Below, piece by piece: positions 37,617-48,201 of a DNA stretch of 55,944 nucleotides (positions are counted from its first letter, which is position 1; each line of letters starts with the position of its first letter). The position numbers and the translations under genes are program-made. Origin of the DNA: a virus (Duplodnaviria; Caudoviricetes); the IMG/VR virus record IMGVR_UViG_3300032227_000475, positions 1 to 55,944 of that record; one strand, given 5' to 3'. The notes under the pieces were generated by a model that was not told where the DNA came from, made no database searches, and saw only the letters and a program-made list of their open reading frames with translations.

Positions 37617-38690
37617 ATGTCGACATCTGGTACGTACGCCCAAACGATAATCAATGTACAGACGTTCATTGATCACGGCGCTCGCCGATGCGGGAAGCTC
37701 GCTGAAGAGCTGACTTCGGAGCAGCAGATATCAGCTAAGCAAAGTCTTGGCTTTCTGCTCTCGAACCTCATCAATCGTGGCATCCAGTATTTTGCCATCA
37801 CCAAGTTGGTGCTTGGCGTAAATGCGAATCAGTACATCTACTCGCTCCCGGTGCAGGCTAATGATGCGCTGAATGTGCTTTACCGCACCATGGCGCGACC
37901 CGTTGGGTCATATTCGTCATCGGCGGGTGGGGTCGTAGCTAATCTTTACGACAGTGATGTTGACACTTACTGCCAACAGACGAGTGCAAACGGCAACTTC
38001 TCAGTCAATTTCGGCACTGCGAACCCCATTTATGCTGGTTCGATAGGGTTTTTGCCCTACATTGCGGGTGGCGGTTCAGCTAACTGGAACATCTCGCTGC
38101 AGTATTCCATTGACGGTTCGACTTGGTTGACTCTGAACAACTTAGGTGCAGTCACTGTCACCGACAATCAGTGGGTCTGGACTGACATCGACCCTGGCCA
38201 GAATGTGATTTATTACAGAATTGTTGCTTCTGGAGGTACCACGCTCGCTCTCCGCGAGTGGTACATCGGAAACAACAGTCTTGAAATCCAGATGGCAAGG
38301 CTGAATCGTGACGATTACACGAATTTGCCCAACAAGAATTTCACAGCGAACCAACCTTATCAGTTCTGGTTCGATCGGACCATCCCGTACCCCACTCTTT
38401 ACCTTTGGCCGGTGCCTTCTGACCCATTCGTGCAGATGGTGGTGTGGTATTCGAGCCAAATCCAAGACGTTGGCGCTCTGACTGACGAGCTTGCCATACC
38501 TCAACGGTGGTATTTGGCGGTGCAGTCGATGCTTGCACACCAGATGAGCATGGAATTGCCCGGTGTCGCGGTGGAACGGATCCAATACCTTGAATCTCAA
38601 GCGGAAAAGTACTTGTATCAGGCAGAGCAAGAAGAGCGCGACCGTTCCCCGATCTTTTTCACTCCTGGAATCGGAGTGTACACAGCATAA
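37617..38690 (+). CDS. Head-tail connector/adaptor with inserted discoidin (F5/8-like) domain
   Basis: Adaptor-like termini (AKQSL.FL...LINRG; YTNLPNK...P.QFWFDR...LWPVP) flanking LQYSIDGSTW...YYRIV insert. Confidence 0.65.
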   Translation: MSTSGTYAQTIINVQTFIDHGARRCGKLAEELTSEQQISAKQSLGFLLSNLINRGIQYFAITKLVLGVNANQYIYSLPVQANDALNVLYRTMARPVGSYSSSAGGVVANLYDSDVDTYCQQTSANGNFSVNFGTANPIYAGSIGFLPYIAGGGSANWNISLQYSIDGSTWLTLNNLGAVTVTDNQWVWTDIDPGQNVIYYRIVASGGTTLALREWYIGNNSLEIQMARLNRDDYTNLPNKNFTANQPYQFWFDRTIPYPTLYLWPVPSDPFVQMVVWYSSQIQDVGALTDELAIPQRWYLAVQSMLAHQMSMELPGVAVERIQYLESQAEKYLYQAEQEERDRSPIFFTPGIGVYTA

Positions 38691-39034
38691 TGCCAGTATT
38701 CCTCGACACTCGTGGGCTGAATAACCTTGCAATCGGTGTTTGTGACCGTTGTAAGATGAAACGCACGTTTGTTTCTTTGGGTCCAGACACTAATTTCCCC
38801 GGTTTGAGGGTGTGTGATCAAGGGTGCCGGGACAATTTGGACCCCTACCGATTGCCTGCAAGGCAAACCGAGCGGATCAATTTGCGTTTTGCTCGCCCTG
38901 ATGTGAGTGTCGCTGCTAACGACGATTACCTGATCACGACAGGTAATAACCAGTTCTACATCTCGACGCAGCAGAACACGCAGACCCCGGAAACAAACGG
39001 GAACAACGACACCATTGCACCGAGTCCGATCTAA
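38690..39034 (+). CDS. Small Cys-rich (Zn-binding) tail-module protein
   Basis: CDRC...GLRVCDQGC..DP...RPD. Confidence 0.65.
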   Translation: MPVFLDTRGLNNLAIGVCDRCKMKRTFVSLGPDTNFPGLRVCDQGCRDNLDPYRLPARQTERINLRFARPDVSVAANDDYLITTGNNQFYISTQQNTQTPETNGNNDTIAPSPI

Positions 39035-40794
39035 TGTCAGCACAAGTCACGATCACTCAGCTGCCCACCGCTGGAACCTTAACAGGATCTGAGTCAGTCC
39101 CGATCGTTCAGAACGGCGTCACAGTTCAGACCACTACCGGCGCACTTGCTTCGGCTGGTACACTCACTCAGTCATTCATTACGGTCAATTCTGAGCCGAG
39201 TCTTGTTAACTCGCGATCTTTGGCGAGTGGGACCGGGATCGGTCTGGCGAACAACGGTTCCACACTCCAAATCAACCTTAACGGAGCCTCCGGAAGCCTC
39301 GAAGGGGCTGGCACAGGGTTTGTTGTTAAGAACTCTGGAACGACAGTTGTAGCACGGAATATTGCGGTTTCTGGCAACGGGATCACAATTGCTGACGGAA
39401 CCGGAATCTCTGGCAATCCGACTATTTCGTTGACTGGTAATGTACTCGCGTTGGCTGGCGTCAGTGCGAATGGATTGCTCCGGATAACCACTGGTGGAAT
39501 CGTATCCGCCACGTCGATTGTTGGGGTAACCGATCAGACAGCTGTCACGAACGGTGACGGAGTTTCTGGGTCACCAACAGTTGGATTGGCCAGCAACCCG
39601 GTGTTGCCCGGAACTGCAAGTGCAACTCTGCCGATTGGTGCGACTTCTGACAGACCTGTTTCTGCTGTCAACGGGATGGTGCGTTACAACTCGACCACCG
39701 CAGGATTTGAGGGGTACACAGGTGGTGCTTGGGGTCCGATTGGCGGTGGCGGGACGGTAAGTAGCATTTCCGCTGGCACTGGTTTGAATGGCGGCACAAT
39801 CACCACGACTGGCACGATTTCGATCGCGTCCACTGGTGTAATTGCTGGTTCGTACGCGAATCCAACGCTCGCGATCAATGCGCAGGGGCAGGTGACGTCT
39901 GCGGCTAATGGTGCTGCTCCGGTTACTTCAATCACCGGGACTGCTGGTGCGATTACTGCGGTTGGGTTTCCTGCGGTAACTCTGAATCTAGCCTCTGCGT
40001 TAGATTTTTCAGGCAAGACAATTTCTGATGGTTCGTACACTGGCGCAACCATCAACAACAGCACGATTGGTAATACGACGCCTTCAACGGGTGCGTTCAC
40101 GACAATCTCTGCGACTAGCGGCACAGTTAACAACGCACCGGTTGCTTCGACAGACATCACCAACAAGAGTTACGTTGACTCGGTTGCGGTTGGGCTGAAG
40201 TACCACGCGGCCTGTCAGTTGGCTACGACTGCTGCGCTAGCGTCTTGTACTTACAACAATGGAACCGCAGGAGTTGGAGCAACTTTAACGGCAACTGCTA
40301 ATGGGGCGCTGACGGTTGATTCGGTTGCGGTTACGGTTGGCCAGAGGATTCTAGTTAAGAACCAAGTAGCTGGCTTGCAGAACGGGGTTTATGACGTTAC
40401 TCAAACCGGCTCAGGTGCTGCGCCGTTTATTCTGACACGGGCGACTGATTACAATACCGGTGGTACTGGGTACAATCAGGTTAATACTGGTGACTACCTG
40501 TTTGTTCAGTCTGGCACTGTTAACTCAAACAGTTCTTGGGTGCAGACGACGTTGCAGCCAATTACGATTGGAACGACGGCGCTTGTTTTCACTCAGTTCT
40601 CTGCCGGTGCTATTTCGTACACGGCGGGGACCGGGCTTACTCTTTCGGTCAATCAATTCAGCATTACCAACACCGGGGTTACTTCCGGGACGTATGGTTC
40701 TGGGGCTATAATTCCGGTGCTTGCGGTAAACGCGCAAGGCCAGTTGACTAGCGTTACCAATACGGCAATCGTAGTTTCTGGGGGTACGTTCTAA
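39034..40794 (+). CDS. Tail fibre protein
   Basis: ITQLP N-terminus, [17 protein letters not shown]...NGVY domain, ends VSGGTF. Confidence 0.8.
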   Translation: MSAQVTITQLPTAGTLTGSESVPIVQNGVTVQTTTGALASAGTLTQSFITVNSEPSLVNSRSLASGTGIGLANNGSTLQINLNGASGSLEGAGTGFVVKNSGTTVVARNIAVSGNGITIADGTGISGNPTISLTGNVLALAGVSANGLLRITTGGIVSATSIVGVTDQTAVTNGDGVSGSPTVGLASNPVLPGTASATLPIGATSDRPVSAVNGMVRYNSTTAGFEGYTGGAWGPIGGGGTVSSISAGTGLNGGTITTTGTISIASTGVIAGSYANPTLAINAQGQVTSAANGAAPVTSITGTAGAITAVGFPAVTLNLASALDFSGKTISDGSYTGATINNSTIGNTTPSTGAFTTISATSGTVNNAPVASTDITNKSYVDSVAVGLKYHAACQLATTAALASCTYNNGTAGVGATLTATANGALTVDSVAVTVGQRILVKNQVAGLQNGVYDVTQTGSGAAPFILTRATDYNTGGTGYNQVNTGDYLFVQSGTVNSNSSWVQTTLQPITIGTTALVFTQFSAGAISYTAGTGLTLSVNQFSITNTGVTSGTYGSGAIIPVLAVNAQGQLTSVTNTAIVVSGGTF

Positions 40795-42473
40795 TGGCTC
40801 AAGCTGGCTTCACGCCAATCCAACTGTACTTCAGCAGTACAGCTAGTGCTACGCCGTCTACGGGGAACCTGACCAACGGTGAATTGGCCATCAACATTAC
40901 CGATGGCAAGTTGTTCTACAAGGACAACCTCGGATCCGTTCAGGTTATTGGCACCAAGGGTGGTGTTGGATCATCTTCAACCACTCAGGTGCTTTACAAC
41001 CTTAGTGGGGCGGTTGTTGGATCTGCAAACCTAACCTATGACGGTACCAAGCTAACGGTTGGGGGTCTAAATAACAGTGCTCTGACGGCCTCGCAAGCGG
41101 TCTTTACTGATGGTTCTAAGAACCTCGTAAGCAACGCCATTACGGGCACAGGCAACGTAGTGATGTCTACCAGCCCTACGCTGGTTACTCCCATTTTGGG
41201 AACTCCTACGAGTGTGACGCTGACCAATGCGACTGGATTGCCGCTAACCACTGGCGTCACAGGGCAACTGCCAATCGCTAACGGCGGTACGGGTCAAGCG
41301 ACTGCATCTGCTGCATTTAATGCGCTGTCCCCGATCACGACGACGGGCGACTTGATTATTGGTAACGGCACCAACAGCGCCACGCGGCTAGCGATTGGGA
41401 CTAACGGTTATGTACTAACGTCCAACGGCACGACGGCTTCTTGGGCGGCTTCTACGGGCGGTGTAACGTCATTCCAGACTAGTTTATCTGGATTAACGCC
41501 AAACACATCGTCAACTGGCGCGATCACTCTTGCTGGGACATTAGGAGCGACGAGCGGCGGCACGAGCCAATCAACGTACACAACTGGCGATATTCTGTAT
41601 GCGTCGGCTTCCAATACGCTTTCTAAACTTTCGATTGGAACGAGCGGTCAAGTTCTGACAGTTTCCGGCGGTGTTCCTGCGTGGGGTGCGGCGGCAGCGT
41701 CAGGCGTTACAACAATCTCGTTTGGATCAACCGGACTGACGCCAAGCACGGCAACATCCGGCGCGGTTACGGTAGCTGGCACGCTCGCGGTGGCCAACGG
41801 CGGTACAGGAGTAACTACGAGCACCGGTTCTGGCAACAATGTGTTGTCAACTAGCCCGACCTTAGTCACTCCCATTTTGGGAACGCCGACTAGCGTAACG
41901 TTAACAAACGCGACGGGTTTGCCGTTGACTACGGGTGTTACTGGGAACCTTCCGGTAACCAACTTGAATAGTGGAACTTCCGCGTCTAGCACGACGTTTT
42001 GGAGGGGTGATGGTACTTGGGCAACCCCTGCTGGTGGTGGCGGAAGCCCCGGCGGTTCAAACACACAGATTCAGTTTAATAACTCTAGTGCGTTCGGTGG
42101 ATCTGCGAATCTGACGTGGGACGGCACAAACGTCCAGATTGGCGCAACTGGTGCTCTGCGGTTTGCTGACACTGACAGCAGCAACTATGTAGCATTTAAA
42201 TCACCCGGAGTTGTGTCTGCAAACGTCACTTGGACGTTGCCGAGCGCGGATGGCACAAGCGGACAGGCTCTTTCTACAAATGGTTCTGGAACGCTCTCGT
42301 GGGCGACTGTGAGTAGCACGGTAGCCAACGGTTGTATCTATCTGAACAATTTGACGATTAGCAGCAGCTACACAATTGCAGCCAGCCAAGGCGCGCACAG
42401 TGTTGGACCGATCACAATATCGTCTGGTGCGGTTCTGACCGTCAGCAGTGGCTCACGCTACGTCATCGCATAA
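40794..42473 (+). CDS. Tail fibre protein
   Basis: [17 protein letters not shown]-terminal module, LPIANGGTG repeats, duplicated [32 protein letters not shown] block. Confidence 0.8.
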   Translation: MAQAGFTPIQLYFSSTASATPSTGNLTNGELAINITDGKLFYKDNLGSVQVIGTKGGVGSSSTTQVLYNLSGAVVGSANLTYDGTKLTVGGLNNSALTASQAVFTDGSKNLVSNAITGTGNVVMSTSPTLVTPILGTPTSVTLTNATGLPLTTGVTGQLPIANGGTGQATASAAFNALSPITTTGDLIIGNGTNSATRLAIGTNGYVLTSNGTTASWAASTGGVTSFQTSLSGLTPNTSSTGAITLAGTLGATSGGTSQSTYTTGDILYASASNTLSKLSIGTSGQVLTVSGGVPAWGAAAASGVTTISFGSTGLTPSTATSGAVTVAGTLAVANGGTGVTTSTGSGNNVLSTSPTLVTPILGTPTSVTLTNATGLPLTTGVTGNLPVTNLNSGTSASSTTFWRGDGTWATPAGGGGSPGGSNTQIQFNNSSAFGGSANLTWDGTNVQIGATGALRFADTDSSNYVAFKSPGVVSANVTWTLPSADGTSGQALSTNGSGTLSWATVSSTVANGCIYLNNLTISSSYTIAASQGAHSVGPITISSGAVLTVSSGSRYVIA

Positions 42474-42482
42474 GGATTAAGC

Positions 42483-43013
42483 ATGGCAAGTTCAATCAAC
42501 GCATCAACGTCCGCTGGGCTGGTATCGACTGCCGATACTAGCGGGGTGTTGCAACTGCAAGCGGCGAATACTACGGTTCTGAATGCAGAACTTGGCAAGG
42601 CACTAGCTCTCCAAGGCGCAACGTCCACGACTGGATGCGGTATTGCTTTTCCTGCGACTCAGGTGGCGTCGTCTGACGTTAATACGTTGGATGATTACGA
42701 AGAGGGAACTTGGACGCCAACTTGTAACAACGGGTCAACCTATACAGGCGTCTATACCAAAATCGGTAGAATTGTTCACTTGTTTTTTGAGTCTGCGTCC
42801 AGCGGAACAATTACGGCTGCCACCACTCAATTGACAGGTTTGCCATTTTCATCAAGCGGAACGCTCAGCACATCCGGTTGCGGGACTTTTGCAAACATAT
42901 CTAGCACGGCTTTTTTTGGTGGAACGCAGGTCTCAGTTACAACTTTGTATTTTTTAACGGCGTCTTCCTCAACGCAAGTTCGCGGGTATCATTGTTATTA
43001 CACTACAACTTAA
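42483..43013 (+). CDS. Short fibre / receptor-binding tip protein, copy 1
   Basis: FPATQ.ASSD.NTLDDYEEGTWTP followed by YTKIGR tip domain. Confidence 0.75.
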   Translation: MASSINASTSAGLVSTADTSGVLQLQAANTTVLNAELGKALALQGATSTTGCGIAFPATQVASSDVNTLDDYEEGTWTPTCNNGSTYTGVYTKIGRIVHLFFESASSGTITAATTQLTGLPFSSSGTLSTSGCGTFANISSTAFFGGTQVSVTTLYFLTASSSTQVRGYHCYYTTT

Positions 43014-43042
43014 CTACACCGGATTAGTGTAGTCAGACACAA
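43005..43042 (+). repeat. 38-bp exact direct repeat, copy 1 (contains ACTACAC/GTGTAGT hairpin)
   Basis: ACAACTTAACTACACCGGATTAGTGTAGTCAGACACAA identical at 45685-45722. Confidence 0.95.
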
Positions 43043-43052
43043 GGAATTTATC

Positions 43053-43289
43053 ATGTCACTCAGCAAGTCAACTGTCGTGGACCAAATTACTGTAACAGAA
43101 AACGGTATCGTTCTTTACCGTGAAGCAACGCGCATTCTTGAGGACGGCGTGGAACTAAGCAAGACCTACCATCGTTCAAGCCTGACTCCGGGTCAGGATT
43201 TGGCCGGTGTACCGGAGAATGTTGTGGCTATTTGCAATGCGGCATGGACTGCTGACGTTGTTGCGGCTTATCAAGCACAGGTGAAGTAA
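43053..43289 (+). CDS. Fibre-tip partner/chaperone, copy 1
   Basis: MSLSKSTVVDQITV...SKTYHR...ICNAAWT; paralog of 45735..45977. Confidence 0.75.
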   Translation: MSLSKSTVVDQITVTENGIVLYREATRILEDGVELSKTYHRSSLTPGQDLAGVPENVVAICNAAWTADVVAAYQAQVK

Positions 43290-44320
43290 TGGCTATTACG
43301 CTAGACGGGACCACAGGATCGACCCAAGCCTCGGTCTCCATGACTGGGGCCACTAGCGGGACGGTCACGCTCACTCCTCCTGCTGTTGCGGGGACGCAAA
43401 ACTATACAATGCCTTCGGCATTGCCTGCGGCTGATAATCAAGCATTGATTTGCACAACTGGCGGAGTTATGAGTTGGGCCAACGTCCTCTTGGGCGCTCC
43501 ATCAACTGTTGAATATCTTGTTGTTGCTGGAGGCGGAGGCGGAGGTCCATATTATGTCGGCGGCGGTGGTGGAGCAGGTGGATATAGAACTGCAACTGGC
43601 TACGCTGTTACTTCTGGAAGTGCAATCACAGTTACTGTTGGGGCTGGTGGGGCTTCTCAACCAACTGCTGCAAGCGCAGGTAATGATGGAGTTGCTTCTG
43701 TTTTTGGCTCAATAACATCCACAGGTGGCGGTGGAGGAAGTTGTTCTGGCCCCGGTGCTGCCGGTTCAAGTTATGCTTATAACGCTGGAAGAGCGGGTGG
43801 ATCGGGGAGCGGATCGACAAAAAGTGCCGCCGTTGGTGCTGGAACGTCTGGGCAAGGTAATAATGGTGGTACAGGACTTGATGGATTTTCTGTTTACACA
43901 GGCGGCGGTGGCGGCGGCGGCGCTGGCGCGGTGGGGGGGAATAGTTCAAACCCACCCCCTAGCGGTGGCGCTGGTGGCGTTGGATTGAATTGGAATTCTT
44001 TAGGTACTTTTTATGCTGGTGGAGGCGGTGGCGGGACTGATGTTTCTGCGGTCACAATCGCTGCGGGAGGGAATGGAGGTGGTGGGTCAGGCGGGAATAC
44101 TGCTACCGCAGCAACCGCAGGAACTGCAAATACTGGTGGCGGTGGTGGTGGTAGTGGAACATTTGGCGGGACGGGTGCGGCAGGTGGGTCTGGAATTGTT
44201 ATTATCCGTTATCCCAATACCTATACGGCAGCGGCATCTACAACTGGATCGCCAACAGTAACTAATACTGGTGGGTATCGTTATTACACGTTTACCGGCT
44301 CTGGTTCAATTACGTTCTGA
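43289..44320 (+). CDS. Glycine-rich (polyglycine) fibre/adhesin protein
   Basis: YLVVAGGGGGG...GGSGIVIIRY...YTFTGSGSITF. Confidence 0.8.
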   Translation: MAITLDGTTGSTQASVSMTGATSGTVTLTPPAVAGTQNYTMPSALPAADNQALICTTGGVMSWANVLLGAPSTVEYLVVAGGGGGGPYYVGGGGGAGGYRTATGYAVTSGSAITVTVGAGGASQPTAASAGNDGVASVFGSITSTGGGGGSCSGPGAAGSSYAYNAGRAGGSGSGSTKSAAVGAGTSGQGNNGGTGLDGFSVYTGGGGGGGAGAVGGNSSNPPPSGGAGGVGLNWNSLGTFYAGGGGGGTDVSAVTIAAGGNGGGGSGGNTATAATAGTANTGGGGGGSGTFGGTGAAGGSGIVIIRYPNTYTAAASTTGSPTVTNTGGYRYYTFTGSGSITF

Positions 44321-44328
44321 GGAACAAC

Positions 44329-44706
44329 ATGGCACATTTTGCAAAACTTGATGAAAAAAATGTTGTTAAAGACGTTATTGTTGTAAACAACATTGAGTTG
44401 CTTGCCGCTGACGGTTCTGAATCGGAAGTGATGGGCATTGCTTTCCTAATTCGTTGGTCAGGTGGGTACTCCAACTGGAAGCAAACCAGCTACAACGGCA
44501 AGATCCGCAAGAATTACGCTGGGATTGGCTACACCTATGATGCATCCCGTGATGCTTTTATTCCTCCACAACCGTTTCCAAGTTGGACGCTGAACGAAGA
44601 AACCTGTCGTTGGGACGCTCCTATTTATATGCCAACAGACGGTCAAATGTATCAGTGGGATGAAGCAACGACAAATTGGGTTGTAATCCCAGCGGAGGCT
44701 AAATAA
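44329..44706 (+). CDS. Partner of glycine-rich adhesin
   Basis: MAHFAKLD...WKQTSYN..RKNYAGIGYTYD..RDAFIPPQPFPSW. Confidence 0.75.
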   Translation: MAHFAKLDEKNVVKDVIVVNNIELLAADGSESEVMGIAFLIRWSGGYSNWKQTSYNGKIRKNYAGIGYTYDASRDAFIPPQPFPSWTLNEETCRWDAPIYMPTDGQMYQWDEATTNWVVIPAEAK

Positions 44707-45693
44707 ATGGCATCACTCGTCTTATCTGGTGACACGTCTGGCACGGTCACCCTAGCGGCTCCGGCGGTTGCTGGCACTCAGTCCTATACGCTGCCCACGG
44801 CGGTCCCTGCTGCAAACGGCTACGCGCTAACCAGCACGACTGGCGGCACGATGAGTTGGGCGGCGATTAGTAGTGGCGATGTAGTTGGCCCTGCATCTTC
44901 TACTGACAATGCTCTTGCAAGGTTTGATTTAGCAACTGGTAAGTTACTTCAAAACTCTACTGGAATTTTGACTGATGCGGGTGCTTTGTCTGGTTTAACA
45001 TCAATTGATGCAACAGGTGCTATCACTCTAACTAAGAGTTCGGCTATTATTTTAGGATTGGCGTCAGCCGCCGGTCAAGTGTCTTCCACAGGCACTATAG
45101 CCATATCATCAGACGGCTTGGGTGTCGGTGCAGACACCCGTTCTGGGTTTCTATTTACAGGTCGCAACACATCAGGGACAGTGGTAAATATCCTTGAACT
45201 GTCTGGGGCAACGGGTGCTACAGTAACTAAAAGTTTGAGTGTCGGTGGAGCAACGCCTAGTACCAGCGGGGCGGGTATTACTTTTCCGGCGACGCAATCG
45301 GCATCATCTGATGCAAATACGCTAGACGATTACGAAGAGGGGACTTGGACCCCAACCGTCAACAGCATGACCACCACAGGGTCTCCGGCGTATAGTGGTC
45401 GATATAGGAAGATTGGAAGCCAAGTTACTGTTTGGTTTTTTACAACCACCGCTGGTGGGGTTGCTACTTATGCGTCTACTGCTGGATCGACAAACGTAAG
45501 TGGTATGCCGTTTAACTCGGCTTATGATGGACCGGCAGCTTCTGGCGGTCCTCCGGGGACTGTGGTCAACGGAGTTACAACTGCTGGAGGGTTTTTGCAA
45601 GGACCATCTTCTGGAGCAGCGACATTTTATTTTAATACTGCAATTGCGGCGAGCCAAGGGATGTCTGCATCACTTACTTATTACACAACTTAA
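44707..45693 (+). CDS. Fibre / receptor-binding tip protein, copy 2
   Basis: GDVVGPASSTDNALARFD module; FPATQSASSDANTLDDYEEGTWTP then YRKIG tip. Confidence 0.78.
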   Translation: MASLVLSGDTSGTVTLAAPAVAGTQSYTLPTAVPAANGYALTSTTGGTMSWAAISSGDVVGPASSTDNALARFDLATGKLLQNSTGILTDAGALSGLTSIDATGAITLTKSSAIILGLASAAGQVSSTGTIAISSDGLGVGADTRSGFLFTGRNTSGTVVNILELSGATGATVTKSLSVGGATPSTSGAGITFPATQSASSDANTLDDYEEGTWTPTVNSMTTTGSPAYSGRYRKIGSQVTVWFFTTTAGGVATYASTAGSTNVSGMPFNSAYDGPAASGGPPGTVVNGVTTAGGFLQGPSSGAATFYFNTAIAASQGMSASLTYYTT

Positions 45694-45722
45694 CTACACC
45701 GGATTAGTGTAGTCAGACACAA
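45685..45722 (+). repeat. 38-bp exact direct repeat, copy 2
   Basis: Identical to 43005-43042. Confidence 0.95.
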
Positions 45723-45734
45723 AAGGAAATTATT

Positions 45735-45977
45735 ATGTCACTTAGCAAGTCAACTGTCGTGGATCAAATCACCGTCACAGAGAATGGTATAGTTTTGTTC
45801 CGTGAAGCAACTCGCATCCTTGAAGACGGCGTAGAACTGTCAAAGACCTACCATCGTTCAAGCTTGACTCCCGGTCAAGACATTAGTGCAGTGCCAGCAA
45901 ACGTACAGGCTATCTGTAACGCAGCGTGGACGCCGGAAGTTGTTGCGGCATTCCAAGCGGCTCAGGCAAATGGATAA
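45735..45977 (+). CDS. Fibre-tip partner/chaperone, copy 2
   Basis: Near-identical protein to 43053..43289 with many synonymous differences. Confidence 0.75.
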   Translation: MSLSKSTVVDQITVTENGIVLFREATRILEDGVELSKTYHRSSLTPGQDISAVPANVQAICNAAWTPEVVAAFQAAQANG

Positions 45978-46110
45978 AGCACATTTGTCAATCAATCTGC
46001 TCAACGCGATATTGCAGTATCTCGGCCAGCGCCCGTATGTTGAGGTTGTTGGTCTGATCAAGGCGATTGAGAAAGAAGCATCGGAACAGAAGGAGCCGGA
46101 GAATGGCTGA
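45970..46110 (+). CDS. Small conserved tail-module protein
   Basis: MDK..LSINLLNAILQYLGQRPYVEV..LI. Confidence 0.6.
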   Translation: MDKAHLSINLLNAILQYLGQRPYVEVVGLIKAIEKEASEQKEPENG

Positions 46111-46318
46111 CGTTCACGAGTTGGCTTCTGAGACGGACAAACGTCTGAGCATTCATGAAGCCATCTGCGCCCAACGATACGAAAACATCCAGGGTCGGTT
46201 CGATGACGGTTCAAAACGCATGGCGCGGATCGAACATATCCTGTATGTGGTGATTGCGGCGGTGCTGTTTGGACCGGGTGTGGCGGCTGACTTCTTCAAA
46301 AAGGTGTTCGGGCTATGA
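46103..46318 (+). CDS. Small membrane protein (coiled coil + TM; lysis accessory/holin-like)
   Basis: HEAICAQRY...RIEHILYVVIAAVLFGPG. Confidence 0.6.
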   Translation: MADVHELASETDKRLSIHEAICAQRYENIQGRFDDGSKRMARIEHILYVVIAAVLFGPGVAADFFKKVFGL

Positions 46319-46623
46319 CTGAGAAACTGGAAGCCAAAAGTCAGTTGATCGAAAAAACGGCGTTTGCTGTTTTGCCAATCCTCTTCACTTGCGTGGTTTA
46401 CCTGATGTCGTCGCTTGATAAGCTCAGTCATGACGTGACGGTCCTGAACGCTAAGATAAGCCTAGTCGTCACGTCAGACAACAAACAAGCCGCGAACAGC
46501 GGGGCAGAGCTTGCTCGTGAGAAGCTTCGCCAGGATCTGGAAAAACAGATACACGAGAACCGGGAGCTAATCCACATCAATCGCGAGCGCATAGTAATTC
46601 TCGAAGAACGGATGAAAAAGTAA
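46315..46623 (+). CDS. Membrane-anchored coiled-coil protein (lysis region)
   Basis: N-terminal TM (AFAVLPILFTCVVYLM) then coiled coil. Confidence 0.55.
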   Translation: MTEKLEAKSQLIEKTAFAVLPILFTCVVYLMSSLDKLSHDVTVLNAKISLVVTSDNKQAANSGAELAREKLRQDLEKQIHENRELIHINRERIVILEERMKK

Positions 46624-47132
46624 TGGCCGACTTCGATCCAGCATTTGAAAAAATGATCCACGACGAGGGCGGGTATCAGCTAACCGACATTCCGGGCGAC
46701 CGGGGAGGCCAGACTTATGCAGGGATCGCCAGAAAACCAAACCCAGACTGGGCAGGATGGCAGTTCATTGACCGCAAAGATTTTGGCTCGGCTACGCCTC
46801 TTGTACGAGAGTTTTACAAGGCTAATTACTGGGATCCGATCTGTGGTGACGACCTTAAAGAGCAAGTTATTGCGGAAACAATCTTCAACTTCGGAGTGAA
46901 TGCAGGGGTTGGACTTGCGATCAAATTAGCTCAAGTCGTCGCAGGAGCGACTCCAGATGGCACTATCGGCCCTAAGACGATTGAGCGTCTCAATATCTGC
47001 ACGCCGAAGAACTTCATGGCCTCATACGCGCTCGCCAAAATACAGCGATACGCCAACATCTGCAACAGAGACCGAGGACAGTCCAAGTTCCTCCTCGGCT
47101 GGATCAACCGAACCCTGCAAGGACTCAAGTGA
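46623..47132 (+). CDS. Endolysin, GH108 lysozyme with peptidoglycan-binding domain
   Basis: EGGY...DRGGQTYAGI, FNFGVNAG, DGTIGPKT, KFLLGWINR. Confidence 0.92.
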   Translation: MADFDPAFEKMIHDEGGYQLTDIPGDRGGQTYAGIARKPNPDWAGWQFIDRKDFGSATPLVREFYKANYWDPICGDDLKEQVIAETIFNFGVNAGVGLAIKLAQVVAGATPDGTIGPKTIERLNICTPKNFMASYALAKIQRYANICNRDRGQSKFLLGWINRTLQGLK

Positions 47133-47569
47133 TGGACCTGATAGGGATCGGGGGGATAATTGAAGGTGTCGGCAAAATCGCTGGTGACCTTATCACGACG
47201 GATAAAGAGCGGCTCCAGATGGCGTTGGAGGACCGCAAACTCGACCTTGAGGAAAAACGCATCGATCAGACGACCGATCTGGCTCAGGTCGAGGTCAATA
47301 AGATTGAAGCAGGTTCTGCTAGCGTATTTGTCGCTGGCTGGCGTCCTGCTGTGGGCTGGGTTGGGGTTTTGGGTTTGGCTTACCAGTTCCTGGGATACCC
47401 GTTGATGCAATGGCTTTGGGCTTTTGGCCAAGGAGCGGATATAATTCCAAAAGGACTCCAACCACCCCCCGACCTGCAGACTGACCAGCTCATGGTACTG
47501 CTTTCCGGGTTGCTTGGGTTCGGTGGGATGCGTAGTTTCGAGAAAAGCAAAGGAGTGGCGGCAAAATGA
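47132..47569 (+). CDS. Holin (GTA 3TM-like family)
   Basis: AQVEVNKIEA...FVAGWRPAVGW...LLGFGGMRSFEK.KGV. Confidence 0.85.
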   Translation: MDLIGIGGIIEGVGKIAGDLITTDKERLQMALEDRKLDLEEKRIDQTTDLAQVEVNKIEAGSASVFVAGWRPAVGWVGVLGLAYQFLGYPLMQWLWAFGQGADIIPKGLQPPPDLQTDQLMVLLSGLLGFGGMRSFEKSKGVAAK

Positions 47570-48201
47570 CGACTGCAGTCACGATGACCTACGATTCTCT
47601 GGTCGAGAACATCCAGTCATACCTGGAACGCACCGACACAGCGACTCTGGAAAAGATTCCACTCTTCATCATGCTCGCGGAGCAGGTGATCGCTGCTCAG
47701 ATCAAGTTCCTTGGCAACCTGACTGTGAACAACAGCACTATGGTTGCCAACACGAGCATTATCGACAAACCCGCTCGGTGGCACAAAACGGTTAGCTTCA
47801 ACATCACTGTCAATGGCGAGCGGCAACCCGTTTTCTTGCGTCAGTACGAGTACTTGCGTCAGTATTGGCCCGACGCAACACAGACTGGTGTGCCTGTGTA
47901 TTTTGCCGATTACGACTACACGCACTGGTTGGTTGCTCCGACACCCGCCAGTGCTTACAGTTTCGAGGTGTTGTACTACGAGCGTGTGCAGCCGTTGGAC
48001 TCCACAAATCAGTCCAACTGGTTCACAGTCTACGCCCCGCAAGCACTCCTTTATGGCTCGTTGCTGCAAGCGATGCCGTTCCTGAAGAACGACGAGCGTA
48101 CGCCTATGTGGCAAGCGCAATATGACGCGATCATGGCCACATTGACAACAGAAAACAAACTCCGTATTGCGGATCGTCAAGCCATAGCGGTGGATTCATG
48201 A
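47566..48201 (+). CDS. Head-tail adaptor / tail tubular protein A-like
   Basis: TYDSLVENIQSYLER...IPLFIMLAE...APTP...NW....P.ALLYGSL. Confidence 0.75.
   Translation: MTTAVTMTYDSLVENIQSYLERTDTATLEKIPLFIMLAEQVIAAQIKFLGNLTVNNSTMVANTSIIDKPARWHKTVSFNITVNGERQPVFLRQYEYLRQYWPDATQTGVPVYFADYDYTHWLVAPTPASAYSFEVLYYERVQPLDSTNQSNWFTVYAPQALLYGSLLQAMPFLKNDERTPMWQAQYDAIMATLTTENKLRIADRQAIAVDS

Noticed and set aside
43011-43053. Stop-codon readthrough fusing fibre tip to partner via the hairpin
   Set aside because: In frame in copy 1 (39-nt gap) but out of frame in copy 2 (41-nt gap), and both partners have their own RBS
42483-45977. Diversity-generating retroelement (template/variable repeat pair plus hairpin)
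   Set aside because: No reverse transcriptase found; the two tips differ throughout and in length rather than only at adenines, and both copies are coding
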